Shown here: piece by piece, positions 1-12,640 of the stretch
Layout of the letters: each line of letters begins with the position of its first letter
Numbering within the stretch: position 1 is the stretch's first letter
Origin: Lama glama
Taxonomy: Eukaryota
Direction of reading: 5' to 3'
Assembly (NCBI GenBank): GCA_028534125.1
Contig: CM052816.1
Span: 28,708,001-28,772,000 of the forward strand
Length of the DNA: 64,000 bases
Program-made: the position numbers and the translations under genes
The notes under the pieces: generated by a model
Database searches by the model: none
What the model saw: only the letters and a program-made list of their open reading frames with translations
What the model was told of the DNA's origin: nothing

Positions 1-452
1 TGAGTACACAAGACAGTACTGGTAATTATAGGCACAATGATGTACAGATCTCTAGACCTCATTCATCTTACATAACTGAAACATACCTGTTGAAAAGCAA
101 CTTCACGTTTTTCCCTACCCTTGGCCCTTGGCAACCACTGTCTTACTTTCTGTTCCTGGGCAGGATTATTTTAGATACTTTATGTAAGTGGAATTGTATA
201 GATTTGTCCTTCTATGACTGGTTCATTTCACTTAACATAGTGTCCTCCAGGTTCATCCATGTTGCTGCAAATGGCAGGATTTCCCTCTTTAAGGCTAATA
301 CAAGCCACACTTTATTTATCCATTCATCTGTTTGTGAATATTTAGGTTGTTTCCATACTTTGGCTATTGTGAACAAAGCTGCAATGAACATGAAAGTGCA
401 GATATCTTTCTGACAATCCTGATTTCAATCATTTGGGGTAAATGCCCAGAAG
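1..452 (-). mobile_element. LINE-1 3' region fragment (L1MA/L1MB-like)
   Basis: Antisense L1 motifs: TTCATTTCACTTAACATAGTGTCCTCCAGGTTCATCCATGTTG and TTTAGGTTGTTTCCATACTTTGGCTATTGTGAACAAAGCTGCAATGAACATG. Confidence 0.9.
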
Positions 453-729
453 AGATGGAATTTGACCCATATACATGCACCTGGATAGACACCTATTCTG
501 CCCACTGATAGTGGACACCCCCACTTCTCTTTAAAAGTTACACTCAGCATGTGGTTACTTATCTCCGTAACTGCACAACCTTACCGTGTGTGCTCTTTTT
601 TTCTCAGAGATTACCTGAGTTTGTAAGGAACCTGAAGGAAAAGCCAAAGTTGTTACACTGGTGTGTGGAAATCTACCCGTTCTGTCCTGTCCTTGGATAA
701 TTCTCCACCCTCCTTTCCTACACCTTCCT

Positions 730-992
730 TCTTGCTTCCACAAGAAACCAAATGAAGACACATAGACTTCTGCTCCAGGACTTTGCATTCGCTCTTCCCC
801 AACCAGGAATGCTCTTTTCCCAAATATCTCCTAGCTTGTTCCTCCTCTTTTCTCAAATGCTCTCTCTCAGCCATCGTATTAAAAGTCAGAACTCCCACCT
901 AATACACTCCCTTCTTGTTCCCTGCTTAATCCCTAATACCTGAAATATCTAGAACATGGAAGGGACTCAATAAATATTTGTTGAATAAATGA
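730..992 (+). mobile_element. LINE-2 3' end fragment
   Basis: Ends in the L2 terminal motif CTCAATAAATATTTGTTGAATAAATGAA. Confidence 0.75.
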
Positions 993-2139
993 AAAGAAAA
1001 AAATACACTGCAAATCAGGAAATCAAGAATATCCTTTGAAGTCACAAAAGGCATAATGTATTATCCCTGAAACTCATCTGTTACTTCAATATAGATAAGT
1101 ACTCTATTTCTAAAGTTCAAATACTGGTAGGATTGAAATAGACAGCAAATTCCTAAGTGGCTGTAGCTAAGAGAATTGTTCCGAATTGCAGCGAGTAGGA
1201 AGTAACATATAGCCCTGGATTTCTGTGTACAGCCGACGAATTATTTTCCAATCATACCTGGCCTGTACGCAACTCTCTTCCTACTTTAAGATAGAGCTGA
1301 AAAAATAATCTGCTCCTCCTTTGGCAGCATAGTTCAGAGACCCAGCAAAGATCAGAGAGCACGGAGAAGAGAGAGAATGAGTAAAAACACACAGAACACA
1401 GAGGACATTCCCCCTAATGAGTAGCTCCAAGCAGTACTGAAAAAGTGCATGAGCCTCCTGAAATTCTAGCATGCCACAGCCTCAGGGAATGATTAATAAG
1501 AAGAACTGCTTTAACTTTGAACCTTCAGCAATTGCAAAGATGCCAAGAATGGTCTGTAGTTAGTGGTAAACCTATTCCAGAGGAACTGACTATGGAAGCA
1601 CAGGTTAGCTAACTTTTACCAGCTCTTGGCAATATGATGAATATCATCTGTGTATCCTTCACAGCAACTTCATGCAGTTGTGTACTATGACTTGTAAAAA
1701 ATTAGGCTTCCTGATCAAAATCACAATCTAGGAAGGAGGGGGTTCAGAATTTGAACCTAGAATCTTCTGATGTAGTATACGGAAAAGAGCTACTAAAGGA
1801 TGAGCAGAGAAAACCAGGAACTGATAAACATATCAGGAAATGTGACAACCACAATGTTCATTTACTGCAGTTGTTATATATATGTGCATGTGTGTATATA
1901 TATGTGTATATATGTGTGTGATTATGCATGCATCTTGTTTAGGATATCCCCAAATTCGGACTTAAATCATTTGCAATGAATAATTCTGCTGCATTCATAA
2001 TGGCTTGAGTAAAAGAATCAAAACTTGATAAGCAGTACTTCTAGAGAGTTTTCTAGATTTCCTAGAGTGTTTTTTAACAACTTTGATTTTTCTGGTGAGC
2101 TTTCATATGAGGACAAGATTAAAAATAACAATTTTTAAT

Positions 2140-2340
2140 TACCACTACAGGACACTTACTATGTGCCATGCACAGTGACAAGTACTTTATATACACCATT
2201 TTAACAAATCTGTGTAAAAATAAGATAATTATTATATCCACATTAGATGTGAATATGCTAAGACTTAGAGAGATAGTATAACCTATCCAAAGTCACACAG
2301 ATTCAGAATCAATTCTAGCTAACTTCAGAGCCCACACCAG
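2140..2340 (-). mobile_element. MIR SINE
   Basis: CACTTACTATGTGCCATGCAC...CCAAAGTCACACAG resembles the antisense MIR core. Confidence 0.7.
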
Positions 2341-3784
2341 TCACCAAAAAGGTGTGCCACGTAAAGGAAACAGACTAAAGAAAATAAACTAGTATATTCA
2401 CTTTACATTGAATAAAGATGGTTTCAAGCAATCATATTAGTGGTTATGAAAGCACTGGTCTGTCTATATAGCTTTTTATTTCATCATAACTAACTCAATG
2501 TCACTTACAGTGTTAATGAACACCCACCATAATCTTCCTTGTATGGTTCACTGCTCATGTCCTCAGTTCCACGTTATCTGAGAACTCCCAGGATTGTTGG
2601 TTCATAGATTAAGAACAAACTCTCTCTAAGGAGTGTAGTGGAATGAGATCATGGTTGTGGGTGAGCACAGGTGGAACACAACGATAAGCATGAGCAATGG
2701 GATTGGAATCCTGAGCTTGAGAATATACACATCGATAGCTGCTACAAGTTCAACTAGGTGGAGGCAGCTTAAGGGGGAGGATCTTGAGATACACTTGCTT
2801 TTGGATATTGAGATACAATATGCTTCTGGATACATAGCGACTGGAAGATATCTAAAGAGTAAAACAAATCTACTGGTCATGGATGCAAGACCATCACAAG
2901 GTTGTATTGTATCACCATTCTGATTATGGGAAATAAGAGCAAGCTGGTCTCTTAAACATCAAATCCATGTTTCTTACAAGGAAGTTAATTGTGAGTCTGC
3001 CTTTGAGATGTGCTTTATCCCTGGTCAGTATGTAAGTCCCATATGCCTGTTTTATTAGGATAAAATAGTCAAAACTATTTAGTGCAAACTTCTATATCAT
3101 AACATAACCCACATAAATACAAAGATTCATTGCATAAAGCAGGATGCTACAACAGATTCAGGGTTGTAGAAGGAATTTTGATACTATTTTGATATTTATG
3201 TGCACTCATTCATCCCATTTTGTCTCCAGCTTATGCTAGTTAGCATTATCATAGAGCATTAAATCTATGCTGTCACTTCTCTTAAAAGAACATTTGAATA
3301 GTGATAAAGTTTCATTAAAAAAACCAATATTTGTGTTGCTTTAAGAGAAAATTTAACAAAGAAAGGAAATATGAAGGATGAAATGAAAAAGTGTTAACAG
3401 TATTATTGAGAAACATGTCCCCTATCAATAAATGAATTCTTGTTTGGAAATAGGAATAATGGCAAAGCAATCACAAATCCATCCTGAACCCCTGAAAAGT
3501 GTTGCTTAAGATCTCAATGCAGAACAAAAGACAAATATGAAAGCTCAAATTTATTTTATGGGGTCAATTTTGAAATCATATATTAGGATGTCAATAGGGA
3601 AACATTTTCATTCCCCAAATAATGTTCATTCATTACAGGATATTCCATCAAACATGACCTGAATCAGATAAACCTGAAGCAGAAAGTTACTCTCAACTGT
3701 AAACTACTGAAAGACAGGATCGTTTTTCTTTTTTTTTACTTTAACTGAACATAATACTTGAGCCAAGCTGGCTTTGGTTATGAG

Positions 3785-3909
3785 TAGGGTGTTCATAAAA
3801 TATATCACTCAAACTAGAATACCTTTGTAGGTGAAAAAAGCACTTTGCCAGAGAAAGAGCTATAAACCAGGAGGATCATCCCAGCAACCTAGAAGTTACA
3901 GTCACCTTA
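3785..3909 (+). mobile_element. hAT-Blackjack MITE (MER94/MER81-like) with 8-bp TSD
   Basis: Termini TAGGGTG...GTCACCTTA, flanked by GTTATGAG (3777-3784) and TTTATGAG (3910-3917). Confidence 0.75.
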
Positions 3910-4339
3910 TTTATGAGGTATGACAGGACATCTATTGGAAGGACTGAAACTTTGTCCTCAGTTGTTTCTAAATTTATTCAATTTTTAAATAAAAAGTATT
4001 GATCTGTGGCATGTAAGAGAAAGAATCCTGAGTAGGATAATCCATTAAGAATTTAACATATTTGTATGGCAATTTTTAGTTTACTGTACACCAAAGGTAG
4101 AAGAAAACAGGGTTGCATCGAAACACTGAGTGCTCTGAATAAAAGAGAAGGAAAAAAGGCATACGTAGTTGTATTATACACAACCAATATTTACTCACTG
4201 CTACACTTGGCACTGAAAATGTTTCACTTTCAAATGGTGAAACGGTCACAAGAGATAGTATCAACAGTGCTATGATTAATCATTACTTACAGTATTGCTT
4301 TGCTTAGAAAAATATTTCACTAATAGAGAAGACAAATTT

Positions 4340-5075
4340 CTGTTACCGGAATGACTAAGGTGAAAAAGAAAAGCAGTGCTAAATGTGGGTGGAGTCACAT
4401 AGACTCTTGGTGAGTGTGCAAATGAATGCTATCACATTGAAAACACTCTGGAAAATCATTTGGCATTACTTACTCAAGCTGAATATACACAGGTTTTATA
4501 TCAAAACATATTTATCTGTATTTACCAAATTTATCTACATATTTATCAAATTTCTATCAAAACATAAATATCTATATATATTCACCAAAATAGATACAAA
4601 ATGTTTATAGCAGCATGATTCATAACAGCTGCAAACTAGAAACTATACAAATGCCCATCAATAGGAGACTAGAGAACAGATAAATAAATGTTGATATATT
4701 CACACAATGAAATCCATCAGAACGAAGAAACTACAACTACTCTCAAAATATGAATCAATCTCACAAATATAATCCTTAGCAGAAGAACCCAGACACGAAA
4801 CACTGCATATTGTATGTTTCTATTTATGTAAAGTTCAAAGACAGGCCAACACAATCAATAGTGTTAAAAGTCAAGATGGCTCATAGCCTTAGGGGGTTAG
4901 TTAGCATTGACTGGAAGGGGTCAGAGAGAGAGCTGCTCTGTGGCTGTTGAGATTTTGTTTCTTGATCTGGATGCTCTCTACATGGGTGTTTTCAGTTTAT
5001 AAAAAATTTAATCCAACTGCAACATGTTACTTGTGCACGTTCCTTATGTAAATCATACTTCAATAAATAGTTTTT
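4340..5075 (+). mobile_element. Old LINE-1 3' fragment (L1ME-like)
   Basis: AAATGTTTATAGCAGCATGATTCATAACAGC...AAATGCCCATCAATAGG; ends at ATACTTCAATAAA. Confidence 0.85.
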
Positions 5076-6401
5076 AAAAGAGGAAAGCTTCAGTTCCCTC
5101 AGTACTAGTGGAAATGGTAATAAATTTCAAGTTAACAGGGTCTGAACCAAAGATGTTTTAAAGCATATAGAAGCATTAATTCTGTTTCAATATTTGGGAA
5201 AAGTAGCATAATGCAAAATATATTCCAACATTTTATAAAATAGTTTGACAGCACCATCTCCATTCTAAATCTCCTTTAAAAAAAAGAATCCATTCATATT
5301 TCAGCAAAATTTGGAAATACAAAAGGATATAAAGAGTACAATCCAATTATTTAAAGTTTTTGTATATATATATATATATATATACACACATAATATGTAT
5401 ATTATATACAATAAATATAATATATAATATATATACATATAATACATATATGAATTTATAATACTAGTGATTTTCCCCATATTTCCTTTTTTAATAATCA
5501 CACATAATGCTTTTTAAGAAGTTATTTTTAAAATGTTTTAAAAAATATAATTGCAACAGTGTTCAGGACTGTTTTCTAGACAGCAGAAATAAGAATGTAT
5601 TGAAAAGATTCTACTTTTGCAGGAAAGGAAAATTTTTGTCAGTGGCATTGCCTTTGGTAACTTATTAAAAATAAAGGATGTAAAACATAATTTGTGTTTT
5701 TGGACTAATGTCACTAGAGGTTATACTCAGTCATTCATACTATATTTAGAAATGCTTGCAGAGATATATTGAAAAAAATTCTAGAAGTGAAATCAGTCTT
5801 TTGCTGACAAATGTGTAAAGACCTATCTCTTGCATTCTAAACTCTCATTCAAATGTTTGCTATGAGTGCAAATTTGTATAAATTAAATAAAAAATATTAT
5901 AGCGAATTATGTTTTAGTTGGTAAACCAGTCATATAACAACTTTCTGTATTTTAAATTGGTATTTGTTTTTGCATTCCTTACATGCCTAATTACATTTAA
6001 AAATTCTATTTATATGGCAATACATGGTTATTAAAATGTGGAAGTAAACATAATGTGTATCTGATTCTATGTTATTATTGCATTTAGAACTAACACATAC
6101 CACTAAGAAGCTAGCTAGATGTTGAGTAATTATTCAACTGATATTATAAACCCTCTATATTGTGTGTAATTTGGATTTTTAAGAAACTTTAAGCAATAGT
6201 TGTAGAAATTGGGATTTGGGGGTAGGCAAAGAATTTATTATGACTTTTTCAAATTTAAATAATTGAATATAGACTCAAAATACATCTGAAAATTCATTAC
6301 GCAATCTTTTTTTTAAATTGAATTAGATTTGGGGAAAAAGATATGCCTTGAATATGTTACATAAATATGACATTAATGCTAAAAACATATTAACTACATA
6401 C

Positions 6402-6526
6402 ACTTTCCGATACAGATGTTTATCTATGAAACTTTCCGATACAGATGTTTATCTATGAAACACATCTGACAAATACACACTTTCCGATACAGGTGTTTAT
6501 CTATGAAACACATCTGACAAATACAC
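6402..6526. repeat. Local tandem duplication: one 29-bp unit plus two 48-bp units
   Basis: ACTTTCCGATACAG(A/G)TGTTTATCTATGAA starts at 6402, 6431 and 6479. The last two copies continue with ACACATCTGACAAATACAC. Confidence 0.95.
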
Positions 6527-8563
6527 ACATTTGTCAACTGCCTAAGATGATAATAATGAAGGATGCTAGAAAAGCATAATTTACTGCAGGATAGTTTTAC
6601 AGATCAGAATACAGAGAATAAGGAGAAAATGAACCAAGAGGATGCTCAGAAAGATAGGAGAAAATGAAACCTGAGCCTTCCAGTCCAAACTCTGAATATG
6701 AAATCTGATGACTTCATATGAATTCATGGGTAAGACTGAACCAGACTGAGAAGATGAAAGTCTTGAGCAACACTGCCTCCCACACCTTCCTCCCAAACAG
6801 TAACAGAAGGATGGTTCCCCTACCCTACCCTTGCCCCGGCTTCTTCAAGATGCAGCCCCACTTGTCCCTTTCTCTGTCCACAAGCCCCAGAGAACCTCTT
6901 GGCCTTACTCGTCCTCTCATCCATGGAGGACTCTGTCCCATACAGGAAAGGAGAGATTATTGAAGCCATGCCTTTCCTCCTCTCAACTCCTTTATTCTGT
7001 TGGCTGAGTTACAATAGGAAAAAAAACCATCAAAAAAGCCACTGGATTTTGCATTTTGTTTCTTTGCCTCAGTAGTTGTGAAACAAAACCGTTACAATGG
7101 GCAGGATTAGGGACTTCGATTAAGAATTTTGAAATTCATTTGTATAAATAAATTAACCTGTTAACCTCTGTCTAGTAAAGTCAATAGTCTGGACACCAGG
7201 TTGGAAAAAAGTTAAAGTCTTAGTATTTCACATGTTACTAGTCCATACACAGAGATACTCAGATTAGCAACATAGAATTTCTTCCCTAGCTACCTTAATT
7301 TTGAATTGTCTCATTAAGAAATGCTCTGCTTAGAGCATTGATATTAAAGAGTTATATGCTAAACACTTATTCCTCTAGATTCCCTAAGTTATACACTTTA
7401 ACAATTTCTAGAAAGCTGTATTTCAAGACTTTGTCGAGCTGGTTTTACTGAACCTTTACTTAATTAAGACTTAACTCTTGGCCTCAGGTCTTTACTGATG
7501 TCTTCAATAAGGGCAGTCTCTGTGCATTATGTCTACAGAGGCAGATTTATCATGAAGATGAAGAAGTTCAACTTCAGGGCCCCTCACTTCCTCAGGAATC
7601 TTCCAAGGAAGGCCGTGGGAGGGGTTCATAGAGTTGACAATTTTGGTAAAATTTGCAAAAGTGAAATATTTCATTAACAACCTGTTAAAACCACTGCCTG
7701 AGTCCATTTCACCTTCTCCTCTGACACACTTTACCTCATATATATCTGACAGTATTAGTGTGGGCCCCAAAATGTTCGTATCTAAGAGGAATTCTGGTTG
7801 GCCATATATTTATTTTGGACTTAGTGGTTTACATTCTGTGATGGCACTAACTTTAGTGGAAAACTGTGCAATTCCTACCTCTTCTGGCATATACTTTACC
7901 AGCTTTCCTGGTGTTCTGATACAAAGCTGCAGGGCCTGAGGTCATAACATGACCAGCATTCGAAGAACAAGAGTGGTGGAAAAGAAACAAGGTTTGAAAC
8001 ATACAGAGCCATAGCTAGTCTTTCAAAATCACTTCCAACCATGAAATAGGTAAAACTGCTAACAGAGTATTCTGTTCTCGTCGGTGCCAAGTGAATATAG
8101 AAGTTTCTACCTGCCAAGAACACACTGAACAAAACATCATAAACAATTTAAACAACCACTATACTTCATGTTTTTCTTTTCCATGGGAATTGAGGGAAAT
8201 AGACTTGTCAAAATTTCTGTCTTTGTAGGACACAAACCTGTAGCAATACTATAAATAGTAATGAGTCTGTGTGTGAAGTTGCATGTTTTATGCATCTCAA
8301 TGTTTCAGATCTTACCTTTGTGTATCAGGCACCTCTTCTTTCTCTGAAGTCCGGAAATTCCAGGCAAAAGAACAGGTAGATCATACCAAAGCAATTAATC
8401 CTGAAATGGAAAAGATAAAGCTCTCAGAGAAATAATGAATAGATTCTTGGATTGTTCAATAATCCAATTAATGAAGAAAAACACATATACGAATACACTA
8501 GGGAAATACTTAAATTTCTTGCTGATTTAACATCAATAAATGACATTAATAAAGATAGTAAAA

Positions 8564-8770
8564 ATCGCTTCTCGGCCTTTTGGCTAAGATCAAGTGTAGT
8601 ATCTGTTCTTATCAGTTTAATATCTGATATGTCCTCTATCCGAGGACAATATATTAAATGGATTTTTGGAGCAGGGAGTTGGAATAGGAGCTTGCTCCGT
8701 CCACTCCACGCATTGACCTGGTATTGCAGTACTTCCAGGAACGGTGCACCCCTCCGGAAAAAAAAAAAAA
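8564..8770 (+). pseudogene. RNU2: Full-length U2 snRNA processed pseudogene with poly(A) and 13-bp TSD
   Basis: ATCGCTTCTCGGCCTTTTGGCTAAGATCAAGTGTAGTATCTG...GGAACGGTGCACC (8564-8750), including the branch-point-pairing GTAGTA and Sm site ATTTTTGG. Followed by CCTCCGG and an A tail. AAAGATAGTAAAA is duplicated at 8551-8563 and 8768-8780. Confidence 0.97.
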
Positions 8771-9057
8771 GATAGTAAAATCCACATGCCACTGTAATCA
8801 AAGCATCAAAGACATACTGGCCAATGTATGTCAGTTTAAGGAATATTTAAGATTAGTCTACCCAAGAAACCTTGAAATGTCAATTTCCTAAAGAAATTAA
8901 CAGAGATTTTTCCAAAGTTGACAATTATAAAAATTTATGTGACATTACAAACAAGTTGTAAAGCTCAAAGGAACTTCTTAAAAATACCAGTAATCATGAA
9001 AATGTTCGATCAACCATGCTATTTTCTCTAAAGATAATGATATAATTAAATTGTTGT

Positions 9058-9107
9058 CATGTACACCTGAACTCGTATGTCAATTATACTTCAATAATTA
9101 AAAAAAA
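9058..9107 (+). mobile_element. Very short L1 3'-terminal insertion inside the hAT remnant
   Basis: GTACACCTGAA...CAATTATACTTCAATAA plus an A tail. Possible TSD AAATTGTTGT / AAAATGTTGT. Confidence 0.55.
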
Positions 9108-12100
9108 TGTTGTTCTGGATGTTTGTTCCTAAAGTATGCAGCCTACAAATGTAGAGGGAAAAAAGTATTGTTACAGCAAATTGTTAATGGCTTGTTGTCA
9201 ACTTTTAAAAGTTTTAATTTTTTTGTGATTTATTTTTTCACTCTAAAGAAATGTTATCTTTTCTTCCTAATTTTGCATTTGTAATCACATATTATTTTTT
9301 AAATTAGGCACTTCAAGATAATATGTTTCGGGCCTCCTAAAACCTTTCTTAGTCCCTATGTTTCAGTAACTTTTTCGGTTGCTGAAGGAGACAGCCACAT
9401 TATTTTTTTCCCAACAAGGCTCCTTTGAGAATGAAAGTTTTATACAAACAATTTCAGGTTGTAAACCAGGAAAGCCCCTAGAAATCCAGAAATAGGTCAT
9501 ACTACTTAAATAAATACTAACTAGAGAAATTTCTCATGGGTCAGTCACATAGATACAGGAACACTGATGTATACTGAGAAACTGGTATGACTTGTTATTT
9601 AGTTATCAAAGCAGCAACTCACTGTGTTTTTCTTCATTCCTTGATTCCCAGGAAACTCAGAAGTAAGTTTTGGGCTCAACAGATATAGATTTCCTTAGTT
9701 CAGTACCTGCTGGATGATTCTGTAGCCCAATTGACCTCCCAATGCTTTCATGAAACTCTCTCCTCTCTTTTCCAGTTTTTTAAAAATGGTTATATGGTTT
9801 TAAAATATATTTTCTACTTAATACTGCAAAGTGTTTTTTGGAAATTAGTATTATGTAAAAACAATAGGTAAAAAAGAAAAGCCTTTAGACTCATTATTAT
9901 AAGAAGAGCTGCCATTTATTAAAGAGTAACTCTGGCCCAGGTCTTTCATGTAAATTATTTTTAATATTTTTCCTTTGTTCCAATAATTTCTAGATCTCAT
10001 TATCTTCTACTATCATTCATTCATCAAATATGGGATACATGTTAATAATGACTACTTTCTCAGAACAGTAATTGATCATCAGCTTCACAATTATTAATCA
10101 AGTTCTTTTTTTGGTAGAATGGAGGGAATTTTCCACACAAACACTCATACCCCTATATATATGTGCATATATTGTTGCACATATGTAGAGATACAGATAC
10201 ATACTCACATACATGTATACTCCACAAAGAAAACCTCGAAATGGAACGCTGCATTTCTAATTTCTTATCTGGGGGAGCATTGTTGTCTGTGGTGACCAAA
10301 GGTGTGCGTATTGGGATGTAAATCGGACACAAGAGGAAGCCCCCTGTCAGAATGTCAAGCACACCCTCCAGTCCCTTCTTCTTCATGAATAATAAGGACA
10401 CTAAGATGCAAGCACATTATAAGAACCTTCATGGCGTATGCAGTGACTACTCAGAGAACACAATGAAAGAGAAAGACTCTTACTTGATGGGACTTCTCAG
10501 TTGCATGGCCTGCCTGCTTTTTCTTCCCTTCACATGTTCAGAAGAATATTACATATTAAGGGACATTTCTTGAGATGAGGAAACTTATCCTCTCTCCTTA
10601 TTCCTATTCCACATGAGAAAAATCAGTCAAAAACTGTGAGGACTAAAATGAATGGGAAGAAAACATTAAGAAAGTATTAATATTTCTTTCACTATTTTGG
10701 TATATTTTGTCCATTAACACTGATTATAAGAGTGTTTTATGAATATTTTCATCTTTCAGTCATTTAAAAGTTATCTTTTCCAGACTTTAATTTTAAGATA
10801 GTAAACTGATGTTAAGTTAGCAAAATTCTCTGCCCCCCTTGTCAAAAAAATGAGGGAAAACAAACAGTTAAAGAAAACAAACCACAGCAAAATTATAGTA
10901 GCACAATCAAGGAAAATTATTAGAGGACGGAAAAGAACTGAACAGAAGTTTCAAAATATTGAGATGCCTTGGCTTGGGACAACTCAAACAGCTCTGAATT
11001 CTGCTCAGTTTATACTGAAAAGAGCGACAGGGATTAGATGAGAAAGCAGTGTCCCCAAAAATATCACTAATAATTCCACTCAGGAGAGCAACAGAAGGAG
11101 AAGGGCGAGATGAGGAATTCTGGAAGAGGAGGTGGACATTTCCACTGGCCCTCTCCTGAGTCTCTGTAAAGGACAGGAAAACCACTGTACGTCACCATTG
11201 TGGTGATTCTCTAATGGGCGTTAAACTGGAAAGGGTAAGTTTAACACTTCCACAAAACACTCAGAGCCAATGAATGGCAATTTAATCAAAAAGAAGATGA
11301 AAGATGAAATAAATAAGCAAGAATGGCTGAGCAAATGGGAGGCAGACATTGCTTATAGAGAACCTCAGCTGCTGCCTGACTTCCTCCACCTCCACCCTCA
11401 GACTTTTAACACAAGTGCCGAAAAACAGATTATGCATATATTTCTCTCCTCCTCTGTTGGGTAGTGGAAATGATGGAAAAGATGAGAAAACAACTGAATT
11501 GGTCACAGAGAATGGGTCAGTTTCTTCAGAGTGAGTTTAGGGGAATTATCTGAAATCAGGGGTGGAAAGAATACAGATTCAGGACATTTAACAACTGGGT
11601 TGGAAATGAAGACAGACCAGAGGGTACCCCCTGGTTCTGCAGCCTCCTCCACCCCCAGTCCACTCACTACAGAAATTCAGTAATCAACATGGATCTCAGA
11701 GAGAAGGCAGATTTCAGGTGGGGAAGGAACCAAGTAAAACTGTAGCACTACATAGTTTTGTGCACATAGAGGGTCTAGATAGAAGGGCCAAGTTACCAAG
11801 TTATGCAAGAACACAATGAAGAAAAAAGGAAGATAGCATTTAGGGGAAGTTACTACATCAAAAAGAGAAAGTGAAGAAAAAGAACATGGTATATAATGAA
11901 CAGAGGTGACTATCCTGAAAGAAAAGAGAACCCAAGAACTTACAAAAACTCAAAAACCTTATCAGTCCACAAACATTCCTCAACAAGACATCGATTCTAA
12001 AAATACTGGGTTTATATCTTAAGAGAGAGGGCTGAAATATATTTTGAAACCAGAACTGTTATTGAAGGTAAAAAAAATTCAAATCTACACTAAGGGATTA

Positions 12101-12590
12101 AAAAAAACTATTTTAAAATTGTTTTTTATTGACAGATGTAGAATAAATATTAATTAATAAATTTGATAGATAATTATATAATTTCTATCAAATAAACAGT
12201 TATTTATACTTAAGCTAGGAATAATAGCTTGTTTCTCACTACACTTTTGACTCAAGAAAGGCATGATTAAAAAGTCACTATAGCTATCTACATACTATTT
12301 TCAAGTTAAAAAAAATCGCTTTCCAAGATGTAAGAATTATGTTTCGTACTTTGACTTTTCCTTACAAAATGAGATTTATCAGTTCATAAATGATTTTATG
12401 AATGTGCAAGTGACATATATGCTTTCTATTAATTTTTGTTAATTCTTCACTTTTTCAGCTACATTAAGAGTACACAGTAGCATGAGTAGAAGGAAGTCAC
12501 AGTCAGAAGGAAGTCAGAGTCAGAGTCTGGTTCAGAGTTGTCACTAACTCCCATGTTGAGAAAGACTCTTAGGTTTTCACTTTTCTCTTT

Positions 12591-12640
12591 TATGAAAATA
12601 CAGACATTTGACCTGTATGAAAATACAGACATTTGACCTG
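12591..12640. repeat. Perfect 25-bp tandem duplication
   Basis: TATGAAAATACAGACATTTGACCTG occurs twice in tandem. Confidence 0.95.

Larger units (their letters stand above)
7536..9358 (+). mobile_element. hAT-Tip100 DNA transposon remnant (Zaphod-like), internally deleted
   Basis: 5' end CAGAGGCAGATTTATCATGAAG...CTTCAGGGCCCCTCACTT resembles the Zaphod terminus. About 8895-9020 encodes a decayed hAT dimerisation-like stretch (EIFPKLTIIKIYVTLQTSCKAQRNFLK). A degenerate 3' end lies near 9330-9358. Confidence 0.75.

Noticed and set aside
6402..6526. CRISPR-like repeat and spacer pattern
   Set aside because: The sequence is eukaryotic, the apparent spacers are identical or absent, and there are no cas genes. 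It is a tandem duplication.
8424..8801. Overlapping 125-aa and 107-aa ORFs
   Set aside because: They are sense and antisense readings of the U2 pseudogene, not genes.
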